Notes: generated by a model from the letters alone, not told the origin. A DNA stretch of 64,000 bases from Burkholderiales bacterium (GCA_035499735.1 DATJYC010000049.1:147070-211069); one strand, 5' to 3'; counted from the stretch's first letter, positions 1 through 10,714 are shown. A program made the numbers and translations.

Positions 1-39
1 CGGATATGGTAGCTTAGCGGCCTCCTTCCAGGTCGATCG

Positions 40-579
40 ATGCGCTCGCTGCTAGCGTTTCTTCTAGGTGCCGTCGTATGCGCGCCCGCCGCCGCGGCGT
101 GCCCGGCGCTTCTCGGCTACACCTTTCCGAGCCTGGTCGACCAGCCCACACCGCTGTGCCGGTTCGAGGGGAAGGTCTTGCTCGTCGTGAATACGGCGAG
201 CGAGTGCGGCTACACGCCTCAGTACGAAGGCTTGGAAGCGCTGTATCGTCGCTATCGCGACAAGGGCCTGGTCGTGCTCGGCTTCCCCGCGAACGATTTC
301 GGTGGGCAGGAGCCCGGCAGCAACCGCGAGATCGCCAAGTTCTGCGAGGTCAACTACGGCGTGAGCTTCCCGATGTTCGCGAAGTCGGGGGTATCGGAGA
401 GCAACGCGAACCCGTTCTACGCCTCGCTCGCCAGGAAGACCGGCGCGCGGCCCCGCTGGAACTTCCACAAGTACCTCATCGACCGCTCGGGCGAGACGGT
501 GCTGTCGTTCGACAGCGCAATTGAGCCCGGCGACCGCAAGCTGGTCTCCGAAATCGAGCGCATGCTCGCGGAGCGCTAG
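40..579 (+). CDS. Glutathione peroxidase family protein with N-terminal signal-like peptide
   Basis: ATG at 40. Family motifs VNTASECGYT (catalytic Cys), LGFPANDFGGQEP and WNFHKYL are present. Confidence 0.9.
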   Translation: MRSLLAFLLGAVVCAPAAAACPALLGYTFPSLVDQPTPLCRFEGKVLLVVNTASECGYTPQYEGLEALYRRYRDKGLVVLGFPANDFGGQEPGSNREIAKFCEVNYGVSFPMFAKSGVSESNANPFYASLARKTGARPRWNFHKYLIDRSGETVLSFDSAIEPGDRKLVSEIERMLAER

Positions 580-589
580 CGCGCTCCGC
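568..589. terminator. GC-rich hairpin spanning the convergent stop codons of gpx and dolP (possible bidirectional terminator)
   Basis: Inverted repeat GCGGAGCGC-TAGC-GCGCTCCGC (9-bp arms). Both stop codons lie in the central CTAG. There is no U-tract. Confidence 0.3.
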
Positions 590-1190
590 TGGTCTCCGGC
601 TTCTTGGCGGGCGGGGTCACGTATTCGAAGACGCGAACCACCTTGGTCACGCCGCCCGTGCCCCGGGCGATCTCGGTCGCGGCATCGGCCTCCTCATGCG
701 TTACCAGGCCGAGCAGGTACACGACGCCGGCTTCGGTCACCACCTTGACGTCGGTCGGCTTGACCTTGCCGTTCCCCAGCAGATTGCTCTTGACCTTGCT
801 CGTGATGTAGGCATCGTTGCTGCGCGAGCCCGCGGAACTGGCGCCGGCGACCTGCAGCTCGTTGACGACGGTCTTCACGCTGGGAACGCCCTGGACGGCT
901 TTCTCCGCGTCCGCCCTGGCGGCCGCGGACGGAACCTCGCCCGTTAGGAGCGCCGTGTAGTTGTAGCTGGTGACGTTGACGTGTCCCTGCCCCTTGAGGG
1001 TGTCGTCGATCCGGTCGCCGGCCGCGAATTCGATCCGCTGGTCGTCGAGCATGACCTCGGCCTGGCGGCGGTCCGCGGCCATAACCACGCCCGCGGTCAC
1101 GCCTCCGACGATGAGCGCCTGCGCGCAGGCCTGCAGGATCGCGGCGGAAACGAGCAGCAGCGCCGCCGCAACCCAGGCCTTCAACCTCAT
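576..1190 (-). CDS. dolP: BON-domain outer-membrane lipoprotein (DolP/YraP/OsmY family)
   Basis: Internal ATG at 1190 gives MRLKAWVAAALLLVSAAILQAC, a lipobox-like signal, followed by two BON-like repeats. Synteny lpoA-yraN-diaA-dolP matches E. coli. The track ORF extends to 1214. Confidence 0.8.
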   Translation of the reverse strand: MRLKAWVAAALLLVSAAILQACAQALIVGGVTAGVVMAADRRQAEVMLDDQRIEFAAGDRIDDTLKGQGHVNVTSYNYTALLTGEVPSAAARADAEKAVQGVPSVKTVVNELQVAGASSAGSRSNDAYITSKVKSNLLGNGKVKPTDVKVVTEAGVVYLLGLVTHEEADAATEIARGTGGVTKVVRVFEYVTPPAKKPETSGAR

Positions 1191-1200
1191 TCGGGCCCTC

Positions 1201-1839
<639 letters not shown>

Positions 1840-1862
1840 CTACCGCAAGCGTCGGGCGGCTC

Positions 1863-2201
1863 TCAGGCGGAGAAGGCGTCGCGTATCCATTCGATCCGCG
1901 GAGGCTCGATGCGCTCGAGCAGGACCACGTCGAACCTGCAGGGCGATTCCCGCGTGCCTGCAAGATAGTGGCGCGCCGTCGCGATGATCCGCGCCTGCTT
2001 GCGCCTGTCGACGCTGTAGGAAGCTCCTCCGAAATCCTTCGATTGGCGCAGCCTGACCTCGGCGAAGACGACCGTGTCGCGGTCCCGGAGGATCAGGTCG
2101 ATCTCGCCCCAGCGGCAGCGGTAGCGGCTCTCGATCACGGCCAGGCCCTTGCTTTGCAGGTAGGCGGCGGCGATGCGCTCGGCGCGATCGCCGGAGCTCA
2201 T
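1863..2201 (-). CDS. yraN: YraN family (UPF0102) endonuclease-like protein
   Basis: 112-aa product starting MSSGDRAERIAAAYLQSKGL...WGEIDLI...VFAEVR, typical of UPF0102. Its ATG overlaps the lpoA stop (ATGA at 2198-2201). The track ORF 1863-3206 is an upstream over-extension. Confidence 0.85.
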   Translation of the reverse strand: MSSGDRAERIAAAYLQSKGLAVIESRYRCRWGEIDLILRDRDTVVFAEVRLRQSKDFGGASYSVDRRKQARIIATARHYLAGTRESPCRFDVVLLERIEPPRIEWIRDAFSA

Positions 2202-3295
2202 TTCGCGCCTTCGAACGAAACACCCACGCCGTCGCGGAACACCGCCTGCACCGGCTCGCGCTGAAGCGAGCTGCCTCCGCGGTAGGAGATCCTTCCGGTT
2301 ACTCCGTCCAGGTTGATGGTCTGCTGTCCGGATAGCAACTGCCCCGCGATGCGGCAGGCGTCGATTCCGAGCGCGTAGAAGCGCTGCAGATCGGTGGACA
2401 GCCCCTCGGGCCGCGGATAAACCATGACCGCCGCGTGGTCGGGCTGCACCAGCCAGGGCATGTCCACGAAGCGAATGCCGTTGAGATCGCCGTTGGCGAG
2501 CGGATCGTTCTTGCCGTCGTTGATCTGCGATGTCGCATAGACCTGAATCTGGTTGTTGAGGTAGGGGCGCACCGTGCGGGCCTGGTCCGCTTCCGCCGCG
2601 AGAAAGATGAGCTGCGCCTGCGAGTCGGCAAGTCCGCGCCTCATGTCGACAAGATCGCCGCGCGGCCCGAATTCCCTGACATCGCTGATTTTCCCGCCGA
2701 GGGTTAGCCATTCGTCCGCGAAGGCTCGGGCGACGCGCTTGGCGAAGATCGTCGACGCCTCCACCACGATGCCCTCGCGCAGGCCCCCCCGGCCGAACGC
2801 GGCCCGCGCCACTGCGCGCGCCTCCGACTCGGCGGAAAGGCCGAAGGTGTAGAGACGGGGGGGGAGGGGCGAGTCGCCGTCGGCGACGTTGAGCGCCAGC
2901 GTGACGACGGTGATATGTCCGGCGGCGGCGAGGGCCGTGACGCCGGAGCGCGTGAGCGGACCGACCATCACGGCGGCGCCGCGCTGCACAGCGGCCTCGT
3001 ATTCGGAAATGATGCTCGAAGCCTGCGCGTCGGTGCGTACCACCTGCATCGTCTGACGATTCTCCATGTGGTTGAGCGCCGCCTGGCAGCCCAGTTGGAC
3101 GGCCTCGGCGGCTCGCGAAAATTCCGGCGCGTTGAGCGGGAGCAGCAGCCCGATGAAGGGCGGCTCGACGGGCGGCCGGCTTGCCGGATCGTCGACGGCC
3201 GCGCACAATGCCGGACTCAACAACGCCAACAGAGCGAAACAGATTTGGGCGCAGTGACCGGCAGCCATGGCGGGAGCCCGAACGGGGCGGGTCAA
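2198..3295 (-). CDS. lpoA: Penicillin-binding protein activator LpoA-like periplasmic binding-fold protein
   Basis: Signal peptide plus a type-1 periplasmic-binding fold sequence. Conserved position upstream of yraN and divergent from rsmI. The start may instead be the second Met (3268). Confidence 0.65.
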   Translation of the reverse strand: MTRPVRAPAMAAGHCAQICFALLALLSPALCAAVDDPASRPPVEPPFIGLLLPLNAPEFSRAAEAVQLGCQAALNHMENRQTMQVVRTDAQASSIISEYEAAVQRGAAVMVGPLTRSGVTALAAAGHITVVTLALNVADGDSPLPPRLYTFGLSAESEARAVARAAFGRGGLREGIVVEASTIFAKRVARAFADEWLTLGGKISDVREFGPRGDLVDMRRGLADSQAQLIFLAAEADQARTVRPYLNNQIQVYATSQINDGKNDPLANGDLNGIRFVDMPWLVQPDHAAVMVYPRPEGLSTDLQRFYALGIDACRIAGQLLSGQQTINLDGVTGRISYRGGSSLQREPVQAVFRDGVGVSFEGAK

Positions 3296-4123
3296 TTATA
3301 TGTGGTGGCGACGCCCATTGGGAACCTCGAGGACATCAGCCTGCGCGCGCTCGACTCGCTCGCCCGCGCCGATGCGATCGCCGCCGAAGATACGCGGGTG
3401 ACGGCGCGGCTGCTCGAGCACCACCATCTGCGCGCCAGGCTCATCGCCGTGCACGAGCACAACGAGCGGCAATCCGCCGAGAAGATCGTGAGGGAGCTCG
3501 CGCAGGGCAGGAACGTCGCGCTCGTGACCGACGCCGGGACGCCGGGCGTGGCCGATCCGGGAGCCTTCGTGGTCGCGAAAGCGCGCGCCGCCGGATTCCG
3601 GGTAGTCCCCATCCCCGGGCCCAACGCCGCCGTGACGGCGCTGTCGGCGGCGGGATTGCCGGACGGGCCGTTTCTCTTCGCCGGGTTCCTGCCGCCCAGG
3701 CCCGCGGCGCGCCGCAAGGCGCTCGAGCCCCTGCGCGCGCTGCCGTATGCCCTGGTGTTCTACGAGGTGCCGCACCGGATCGTCGAGTCGGTCGAAGACC
3801 TCGCCGCGGTGCTCGGTGCGGAGCGCCAGATTGTTCTGGCGCGGGAGCTCACCAAGATGTTCGAGGAGATCCACCGCTGCCGCCTGGGCGACGCGGCAGC
3901 ATGGCTGAAGGAGAACCCGGACCGCCGGCGCGGGGAGTTCGTGCTCGTTCTCGGGGCCGCTCCGGCAAGCCGGTCCGATGACCACTGGGAGCCGCTGCTG
4001 ACGGCGCTCCTCTCGGAGCTGCCGCTCGCGCGGGCGGTGAAGCTCACCTGCGCGATCGCGGGCGCGAGGAAGAAAGCGGTCTACAAGCGCGCTCTGAGCC
4101 TCGCGGGCGCCGGGCGCGGCTGA
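3254..4123 (+). CDS. rsmI: 16S rRNA (cytidine1402-2'-O)-methyltransferase RsmI
   Basis: LYVVATPIGNLEDISLRAL...AAEDTR N-terminus and tetrapyrrole-methylase fold. The start is uncertain (GTG 3254 or GTG 3302). The track ORF start at 2915 is an over-extension into lpoA. Confidence 0.85.
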   Translation: MTGSHGGSPNGAGQLYVVATPIGNLEDISLRALDSLARADAIAAEDTRVTARLLEHHHLRARLIAVHEHNERQSAEKIVRELAQGRNVALVTDAGTPGVADPGAFVVAKARAAGFRVVPIPGPNAAVTALSAAGLPDGPFLFAGFLPPRPAARRKALEPLRALPYALVFYEVPHRIVESVEDLAAVLGAERQIVLARELTKMFEEIHRCRLGDAAAWLKENPDRRRGEFVLVLGAAPASRSDDHWEPLLTALLSELPLARAVKLTCAIAGARKKAVYKRALSLAGAGRG

Positions 4124-4129
4124 GCGGCG

Positions 4130-5170
4130 ATGCGGACGCTTACGATCGGCCGGCCCGACGACTGGCACCTCCATCTTCGCGACGGCGCCGAGATGGGGTC
4201 GGTGCTCGCGCATACCGCGCGGATCTTCGCCCGCGCCATCGTCATGCCGAACCTGAAGCCCCCGGTCACCACCACCGCGATGGCCGCCGCCTACCGCGAC
4301 CGCATCAGAGCGGCCCTGCCGAAGGGCTCTTCGTTCGAGCCGCTCATGACGCTCTATCTCACCGACAACACGAGCGCCGAGGAAATCGCGCGCGCGAAGC
4401 GCTCGGGCCTGGTCTTCGGCGTGAAGTACTATCCCGCCGGCGCGACCACGAACGCGGATTCGGGCGTGACGCGTATCGAGCGCGCCCGCCCGGCGCTCGA
4501 GGCGATGCAGGAGCACGACCTGCCCCTGCTGGTCCACGGCGAGGTGACGACGCCGGGAGTGGACGTCTTCGACCGCGAGCGCGTGTTCCTCGAGACGGTC
4601 CTGTCCGGCATCGTGCGAACCTGCCCGCAGCTCCGCGTCGTCGTCGAGCACGCGAGCACCCGCGAGGCCGTCGAGTTCGTATCCGCGGGCGGTCCGCGAA
4701 TCGCGGCGACGATCACCGCGCATCATCTGCTGTACAACCGAGGTGCGCTCTTCGCCGGCGGCTTCCGTCCTCACTACTATTGCCTGCCGGTTCTCAAGCG
4801 CGAGGAGCATCGCGCGGCGCTGATTCAAGCCGCAACGGGTGGCAGCCCCCGGTTCTTTCTCGGCACCGACAGCGCTCCGCACGCGCGCGCCGACAAGGAG
4901 GCGCCTTGCGGGCACGCCGGCATCTTCTCCGCGCACGCCGCGCTCGAGCTCTACGCGGAAGCCTTCGAGCAGGCGGGCGCGCTCGACAGGCTCGAGGGGT
5001 TCGCGAGCGTTCACGGCCCCGCCTTCTACCGCCTGCCGCGGAACAAGGGTTCGATCACGCTGCGCAAGGAGGCCTGGACGGTCCCGGCGGAGCTCGGGTT
5101 CGGCCCCGCCGCCGTCGTGCCGCTGCGGGCGGGCGAGTCGATCGGGTGGCGGGTCGCGGGGGATGAGTAG
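4130..5170 (+). CDS. pyrC: Dihydroorotase, homodimeric type
   Basis: [10 protein letters not shown] metal-binding motif, MPNLKPP and overall PyrC-like sequence. Confidence 0.9.
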   Translation: MRTLTIGRPDDWHLHLRDGAEMGSVLAHTARIFARAIVMPNLKPPVTTTAMAAAYRDRIRAALPKGSSFEPLMTLYLTDNTSAEEIARAKRSGLVFGVKYYPAGATTNADSGVTRIERARPALEAMQEHDLPLLVHGEVTTPGVDVFDRERVFLETVLSGIVRTCPQLRVVVEHASTREAVEFVSAGGPRIAATITAHHLLYNRGALFAGGFRPHYYCLPVLKREEHRAALIQAATGGSPRFFLGTDSAPHARADKEAPCGHAGIFSAHAALELYAEAFEQAGALDRLEGFASVHGPAFYRLPRNKGSITLRKEAWTVPAELGFGPAAVVPLRAGESIGWRVAGDE

Positions 5171-5966
5171 CGGCCCCTGGAGCGAGGCGCTCGCCGCTCC
5201 GATCTTCGAATCCCTGCGGCCGTCGCTCGCGCGCCTGGCGCCGGGCGCGTTTCCGCGGCTGGAGCAGCTCAACGCGCTTGCCGGTCCCTCGGCGCTGAGC
5301 GGAGGGGGCGCGCCGATCCGCTTCGTGCATCCCGCCACGGGCCGAGAAGCCGCGGGCTCTTACGAGATGCGCATTTTCGAATCCGGCGAAGTACAGACGC
5401 GTCCGGACAGCTGGCATGACCTGTTCAACGCGCTCGTGTGGCTTGCGTTCCCGAGAACCAAGGCGGTGCTGAACCGTCACCATCGCGCCGAGATCATCGC
5501 GCGCCGCGGCGAGCCGCAGCGGGGCACGGCCCGCGACGTGCTCACGTTGTTCGACGAGGGCGGGGTGCTGGTCGGCTCCACCGACGCCGGGCTCTCGGAG
5601 CTGCTGCTTCGATCCAGGTGGAAGGAGCTTTTCTGGGCGCGCCGCGAAGACGTGCGGCGGTCGATGCGCTTCCATGTCTTCGGGCACGCCATCTACGAGA
5701 AAGCCCTCGCCCCCTACAAGGGCGTGACCGCGAAGGCGCTGATCGTCGACCTTCCGCCCGGTATGCTCGGCGCGCCCGTCGACGCGCAGCTCGCCGAGCT
5801 CGACGCGCGAGCCGCGCTGCACTTCTCACGCGCGGATGCGCTCGCCTCGACGCGCAGCCTGCCGCCGCTCCCCATCCTGGGCATACCCGGATGGGAGCCC
5901 GCGAACGAGCGCGAGGAGTACTACGACGACGCCTCGCAGTTCAGGCCGGGACGGGCAGGCCCCTAG
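5163..5966 (+). CDS. DUF3025-like protein
   Basis: ATG at 5163 overlaps the pyrC end by 8 nt. The [17 protein letters not shown] region resembles the DUF3025 family. Confidence 0.6.
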   Translation: MSSGPWSEALAAPIFESLRPSLARLAPGAFPRLEQLNALAGPSALSGGGAPIRFVHPATGREAAGSYEMRIFESGEVQTRPDSWHDLFNALVWLAFPRTKAVLNRHHRAEIIARRGEPQRGTARDVLTLFDEGGVLVGSTDAGLSELLLRSRWKELFWARREDVRRSMRFHVFGHAIYEKALAPYKGVTAKALIVDLPPGMLGAPVDAQLAELDARAALHFSRADALASTRSLPPLPILGIPGWEPANEREEYYDDASQFRPGRAGP

Positions 5967-6475
5967 GGGAACGCGGGGAGCGTCGGCTCGATGCCGTGGT
6001 CAGTAGCCTCCGGATGGCGGCGGTGGACCAGCTCCTGGATCTCGTCGATGCGCGAGGGCGGAACATCCACCATGAGCAGTATCTTGCCCGACTCGATTTC
6101 GCCGTGGAACGGCTTCAGGCGCGAATTCGGTACCGACATCGCCACGAGGCTGGCAGCCCACGCTCCGAACACCGCCCCGATGACCGTGCCGATCAGCACC
6201 GTGACGAGCTGCAGCGATACGCCGTCGGGAGGAGTGAGGTAGATATAGATGCCGATCAGGAATCCGCCCAGGCCTCCGAGCACGAAGCCGACCTCGGCTC
6301 CGTGGACGGCGTCGGATTTCTGAAGGTAGCTCGCCTCATGCAGCTTTCCGAGGGACATGCCGCGGCGCGCGAGGAAATGCATGGCGGCGTCCTCAACGCG
6401 CGCGAGCAGCAGATCGTTGGCCGTCTGAATCGCGCTGCCCAGATCGGGAAGCAGGAAGTACAGTCTGCGTCTCAT
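5963..6475 (-). CDS. Membrane protein with glycine-zipper TM pair (DUF1269-like)
   Basis: 170 aa with a soluble N-terminus, two Gly-rich TM helices (GFVLGGLGGFLIGIYIYL, LIGTVIGAVFGAWAASLV) and a C-terminal soluble domain. Confidence 0.6.
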   Translation of the reverse strand: MRRRLYFLLPDLGSAIQTANDLLLARVEDAAMHFLARRGMSLGKLHEASYLQKSDAVHGAEVGFVLGGLGGFLIGIYIYLTPPDGVSLQLVTVLIGTVIGAVFGAWAASLVAMSVPNSRLKPFHGEIESGKILLMVDVPPSRIDEIQELVHRRHPEATDHGIEPTLPAFP

Positions 6476-6570
6476 CGCGACCTCCTTTGAGCAAGACTGT
6501 CTGATCCTTCATACGCCGCCCGGTTCCCGAAATCAAGCCCGATCGGTCCGGATGCGCTAAAATTGGGTGC

Positions 6571-6860
6571 GAAGTTGGCCAGACAGTCGCTGGTATGCGG
6601 CACCGCCAGAGGAAAGTCCGGGCTCCGCAGAGCAGGGTGCTGGGTAACACCCAGGCGTCGCGAGACGACGATTAGGGCCACAGAGACGAGCCGGTTCAGT
6701 CCGGAGTGAAACGCGGCAACCTCCACCCGGAGCAACATCAAATAGGCGGACAACGACGTGGCTCGCCGAGTCCGCGGGTAGATGGCTCGAGCCTCGGGGC
6801 AACCCGGGGCCTAGAGGAATGACTGTCCACGACAGAACCCGGCTTACCGGCCAACTTCAC
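6571..6860 (+). ncRNA. rnpB: RNase P RNA, bacterial type A (compact)
   Basis: P1 pairing GAAGUUGGCC...GGCCAACUUC. Universal P4 strands GAGGAAAGUCCGGGCUCC and ACAGAACCCGGCUUA. Also GGGUAACACCC and GGGCCACAGAGACGAG elements. Ends are good to within a few nt. Confidence 0.9.
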
Positions 6861-6898
6861 ACTTTCTTCGCGCTGGCCGCTGCCGGCGCGATTTGCTT

Positions 6899-7264
6899 CT
6901 AGCCGACTGCGCGCTTCACCCACGCTGCGATCGCCGCGACGATCTCAGGTGCATCGCCCAGCGCGGGCGTCACACGGAACTCCGTGCCCGGGTGTTTGCG
7001 CGCGATCGCGGCGACTTTCCCGGGCAGATCGCGCTTGACGTGTCCGCCCTGGGCGAGGAACAGCGGCACGACCGTGACGGTCGTGTGGCCCTCGGCGGCG
7101 AGCATGCGCGCCGCCTCCTCCAGCGACGGCGTCATGATCTCGAGGAAAGCGAGCTCGGCTCGAGCGCCCTGCGATCGGAGCCGGTTAAGCACCTCCTCGA
7201 ACGGCCGCGCCCATTCGGACTCGCGCGCGCCGTGAGCGAAGAGGATGACGGCGCTCGAAGACAT
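6899..7264 (-). CDS. CbiX/SirB-type (sirohydro)chlorin chelatase-like protein, short form
   Basis: 121-aa product MSSSAVILFAHGARESEW...VVPLFLAQGGHVKRDLP, typical of CbiX-S. The track ORF 6899-8662 is an over-extension. Confidence 0.75.
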   Translation of the reverse strand: MSSSAVILFAHGARESEWARPFEEVLNRLRSQGARAELAFLEIMTPSLEEAARMLAAEGHTTVTVVPLFLAQGGHVKRDLPGKVAAIARKHPGTEFRVTPALGDAPEIVAAIAAWVKRAVG

Positions 7265-7372
7265 GCGAGGCAGCTTAGCGGTCGCCGGCCGCGCGGTCAA
7301 AAGGGCGCTATGGCCCCGTGGACCCGGGCGCGAGTGAGTGTACGATGGCGCTGGCGCCCCGCGCGACAGGCC

Positions 7373-8296
7373 ATGGACAGCATCATCCTCACCGCCAAGA
7401 ACGACAAGCGCGTCGAGTTCTACGACGCGGCGACGCATCGCAGGACCGCGGCGCTCGACATGCCGGCGCCGGTGCACGAGCTCGCGCTGACGCCCGAGCG
7501 GGCGTACGGGACGGTCTACGGGGGCGGCGTGTTCGGCAAGAACAAGGACCCGGATCATCGCGTGGTGGTGATCGATCTCGCGGCGCGCGAGGTCGACGGC
7601 TTCATCGACGTCGGCGCCTACCTCGCGCCGCACGGGCTCATGTTCGGCGCGGATGGCCTGCTGTGGGTCACCGCGGAGCTGAGCAACGCCATCGTGGGCA
7701 TCGACGTGACGCGGCGCAAGGTCGCCGCCGTCATCGACACCGGCGGCGCGGCGCACTGGCTGACGGTCTCCCCCGACGGCAGGCGCGCGTACGTCTCGCA
7801 CAAGCAGACGCCCTGCCTCGCCGTCGTCGACCTGCTCGGCCTGCGCGTGGCCGGGCAGGTGGACATCCCGAACCGCTGCGAAGGCGTCGCGCTGTCGAGG
7901 GACGGCGCCCGCCTGTACGTGGCCTCGCACGCCGCGGCGGAGCTGAACGTCATCGACACCCGCAGGGACAGGCTGATCCGGAGCGTCCGCGTCGAGGGTG
8001 GCGGCGAGGACAGAACGCAGTTGCGCCGCGTGCGCATCTCCCCGGATCAGCGCTGGCTGCTGTTCTCGTCGCACCTCGACTGCAACGTGGCGGTCTTCAG
8101 TCTGCCCGATCTCGAGCAGACCGCGCTCGTCAAGGTCGGCAAGGCTCCGATGGGATTCGGATTTCCGGCGGTCGCGGACCGGGCGCTGGTGTGCAATCAC
8201 GACGACGGCGTCGTGTCCATGCTCGACCTGTCCACCGGCACCGTCGCGGCTTCGTTCGCCAGCGGCGACGGCTGCGAGTTCGTCGAGTACTACTGA
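7373..8296 (+). CDS. YncE/YVTN-type beta-propeller repeat protein
   Basis: Repeated xPDGxxxYV blades (SPDGRRAYVSH, SRDGARLYVAS, SPDQRWLLFSS). ATG at 7373 lies inside the longer track ORF. Confidence 0.7.
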   Translation: MDSIILTAKNDKRVEFYDAATHRRTAALDMPAPVHELALTPERAYGTVYGGGVFGKNKDPDHRVVVIDLAAREVDGFIDVGAYLAPHGLMFGADGLLWVTAELSNAIVGIDVTRRKVAAVIDTGGAAHWLTVSPDGRRAYVSHKQTPCLAVVDLLGLRVAGQVDIPNRCEGVALSRDGARLYVASHAAAELNVIDTRRDRLIRSVRVEGGGEDRTQLRRVRISPDQRWLLFSSHLDCNVAVFSLPDLEQTALVKVGKAPMGFGFPAVADRALVCNHDDGVVSMLDLSTGTVAASFASGDGCEFVEYY

Positions 8297-9294
8297 AGGG
8301 CCTCGATTTCCCTCGCCACGCGCTCGGGCAAGAGCTCGTTCATGCACTTGAAGTGGCCTAGAGGGCACTCGCGCGCATAGCACGGGCTGCACTCGATCCC
8401 GGTATTGACCAGTCGCGCTCTGCGCGACAGCGGCGGCGTATGCTCGGGGCTGGAGGACCCGTACAGCGCGACCACCGGGCGCCCTACCGCCGCTGCGACG
8501 TGCATGAGGCCCGAGTCGTTGCTCACCACGACCTCGGCGAGCGACATCAGGTCGATCGCGCTCCCGAGATCGGTCCTGCCGCAGAGGTTGACCGCGGCGC
8601 CCCTCGAGAGGTGGACGATCAGCTCGCCGATCTCCGCGTCCTTGCCCGAACCGAACAGCCATACGGCGCGACCTCGCGCGGCGAGGGTGATCGCGAGCTC
8701 GGCGAAATGGCGCTCGGGCCAGCGCTTGGCCGGGCCGTACTCGGCCCCCGGACAGAAGGCGATGACGGGTTTCGAGGGGGAGAGACCCAGGCGCGCGAGC
8801 GCCTGAGCGAGATTCTCCGGATCGACACGCAGCTTAACGTCGGGCAGGGGCTTATTCACCGGCGCGCCCGGTGCTTCCGCGAGCTGCGCGTAGCGCTCGG
8901 ACATGAGCGGCAGAGCCTTCTCGTCCAGCCGGTGCACGCGGTTGAGAAGGCCGTGGCGCAGTTCCCCGACGAATCCCGTCCGGACCGGGATGCCGGCGAT
9001 AAAAGGGATCAGCGCGGACTTGAGGGTGTTGGGGAGAACGACGGCTTCGTCGTAGGCGCGCGGGCGCAGCGTCCGGGCGAGCCGCCAGCGCCGGGCCAGC
9101 CCGAGCTCGCCGTGCCCGAAGGGCGCATCGATCACTTCGCGGATCTCGGGCATCCTGCGCAGCACCGGCGCGGTCCAGCTCGGGGCGAGCGCGTCGAGGC
9201 TCGTCCCCGGGAGCCTTTGTCGCAGGCGCGCGAACAGCGGCTGGGCGAGGAGGGCGTCGCCGATCCAGTTCGGCGCGACGATGAGAATCTTCAC
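8290..9294 (-). CDS. waaF: ADP-heptose--LPS heptosyltransferase II
   Basis: MKILIVAPNWIGDALLAQPL N-terminus and GT9 family sequence throughout. Confidence 0.88.
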   Translation of the reverse strand: MKILIVAPNWIGDALLAQPLFARLRQRLPGTSLDALAPSWTAPVLRRMPEIREVIDAPFGHGELGLARRWRLARTLRPRAYDEAVVLPNTLKSALIPFIAGIPVRTGFVGELRHGLLNRVHRLDEKALPLMSERYAQLAEAPGAPVNKPLPDVKLRVDPENLAQALARLGLSPSKPVIAFCPGAEYGPAKRWPERHFAELAITLAARGRAVWLFGSGKDAEIGELIVHLSRGAAVNLCGRTDLGSAIDLMSLAEVVVSNDSGLMHVAAAVGRPVVALYGSSSPEHTPPLSRRARLVNTGIECSPCYARECPLGHFKCMNELLPERVAREIEALQ

Positions 9295-9300
9295 CGGGCG

Positions 9301-9498
9301 CTAATGGCCCTTCGGCTTCCGGCCCTTGTAGACGTAGCGCGTGCCGCAATAGGGGCAGAGCATCTGGCCCGCCTTGGCGACGTCCAGGAATACTCGCGGG
9401 TGCATGCACCACACCGGCGATTTCGGCGTGGGGCAGTGAAGCGGTAGATCGGACTCGGTGACCTCGACGAGGCGGCCCGCCGGCTCGGTCGCCGCCAT
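9301..9498 (-). CDS. Small zinc-finger (zf-CHCC-like) protein
   Basis: 65 aa with LHCP...CPYCGTRY Cys pairs. Conserved betaproteobacterial position between ilvE and waaF. Confidence 0.65.
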   Translation of the reverse strand: MAATEPAGRLVEVTESDLPLHCPTPKSPVWCMHPRVFLDVAKAGQMLCPYCGTRYVYKGRKPKGH

Positions 9499-10457
9499 CA
9501 GGCCTTCTCTCTCGAGACCTTTGCCGCCTTCTTCTCGGTGACCGGGGAGAGCCAGTCCTTGTGCTTCGCGACCCTGCCGGCCACGACGTCGAAGAAGAGC
9601 TTCTGTATCCTGGTGGTGACCGGTCCGCGCGCGCCCGAGCCGATCACGCGCCCGTCGAGCTCGCGGATCGGCGTTACTTCGGCGGCCGTGCCGGTGAAGA
9701 AGGCCTCGTCGGCGATGTAGATGTCGTCGCGCGTGATACGGCGCGAGACGACCTCGTAGCCGAGCTCGTTCGCCAGCGTGATCACCGAGGCGCGCGTGAT
9801 GCCGGACAGGGCGGAAGTCAACTCGGGCTCGTGCAGCTTGCCGTCCTTGACGATGAAGAGATTTTCTCCCGAACCTTCGGCGACGAAACCGTCGACGTCG
9901 AGCAGCAGTCCCTCGTCGTAGCCGTGCTGCGTCGCCTCGAGGTTTGCGAGGATGGAGTTCGGATAGGTTCCCGCCATCTTGGCGCGCGCCATGGTCACGT
10001 TGATGTGATGGCGCGCGTACGAGGAGGTCTTCACGCGGATGCCCTTCACGATCGCCTCCTGCCCCAGATACGCGCCCCAGGGCCAGGCTGCGATCGCGAC
10101 GTGCACCGATGCGCCGACCGGCGACACGCCCATCTTCTCCGAGCCGTAGAAGGCGATCGGGCGGATGTAGCAGGATTCGTGCTGGTTGGCCCGCACCACT
10201 TCCTTCTGCGCCTCCACGAGAACTTCCCGCGTGTAGGGGATCTTCATCATGTAGATGTGCGCCGAGTTGAACAGCCTCTCAGTATGGTCGGCGAGCCTGA
10301 AGATGGCCGTCCCTTCGATGGTCTTGTAGGCGCGCACGCCCTCGAATACCGCGAGACCGTAGTGCAGCGAATGGGTGAGGACGTGGATCGTCGCGGAACG
10401 CCAAGGCACGAGCTTGCCGTCGTGCCAGATGAATCCGTCGCGATCGGCCATCGACAT
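9498..10457 (-). CDS. ilvE: Branched-chain amino acid aminotransferase
   Basis: Class IV aminotransferase sequence (HYGLAVFEGVRAY, ...EGSGENLF...TGTAAEV). Confidence 0.9.
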   Translation of the reverse strand: MSMADRDGFIWHDGKLVPWRSATIHVLTHSLHYGLAVFEGVRAYKTIEGTAIFRLADHTERLFNSAHIYMMKIPYTREVLVEAQKEVVRANQHESCYIRPIAFYGSEKMGVSPVGASVHVAIAAWPWGAYLGQEAIVKGIRVKTSSYARHHINVTMARAKMAGTYPNSILANLEATQHGYDEGLLLDVDGFVAEGSGENLFIVKDGKLHEPELTSALSGITRASVITLANELGYEVVSRRITRDDIYIADEAFFTGTAAEVTPIRELDGRVIGSGARGPVTTRIQKLFFDVVAGRVAKHKDWLSPVTEKKAAKVSREKA

Positions 10458-10714
10458 GGGAAGATCTCCGGGAAGCCCTCGAGAAACGCCTATTCTATCG
10501 GAAAGGCGCGCGGTACCGCGGGCCGGCCCGAAAGGGCGGAAATGCGAAGAGCTTCAGCGGCTTGTCAGTATTTTTTCGGGGCGCGCGAGAGAGCTTGCGG
10601 GTAGAATGTTTCCATCGCTTGTGTCGTCGCGACGCGGTGCTATCGCGTTGATCCCTCGTCCGCCATGACCGGCCCGGTGCCGGGACCACATTCCCGGGCG
10701 GGCATGACCGAATC

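Noticed and set aside
2915-3253. N-terminal 113-codon extension of the rsmI ORF in the track
   Set aside because: The extension runs antisense through the lpoA coding region and has no RsmI-like sequence. RsmI homology begins at LYVVATPIGN near 3296.
3296-5338. 680-aa minus-strand ORF antisense to rsmI, pyrC and the DUF3025 gene
   Set aside because: Its Arg/Ala/Gly/Pro-rich, low-complexity translation is typical of out-of-frame or antisense reading in GC-rich DNA. The opposite strand encodes clearly recognisable proteins over the same interval.
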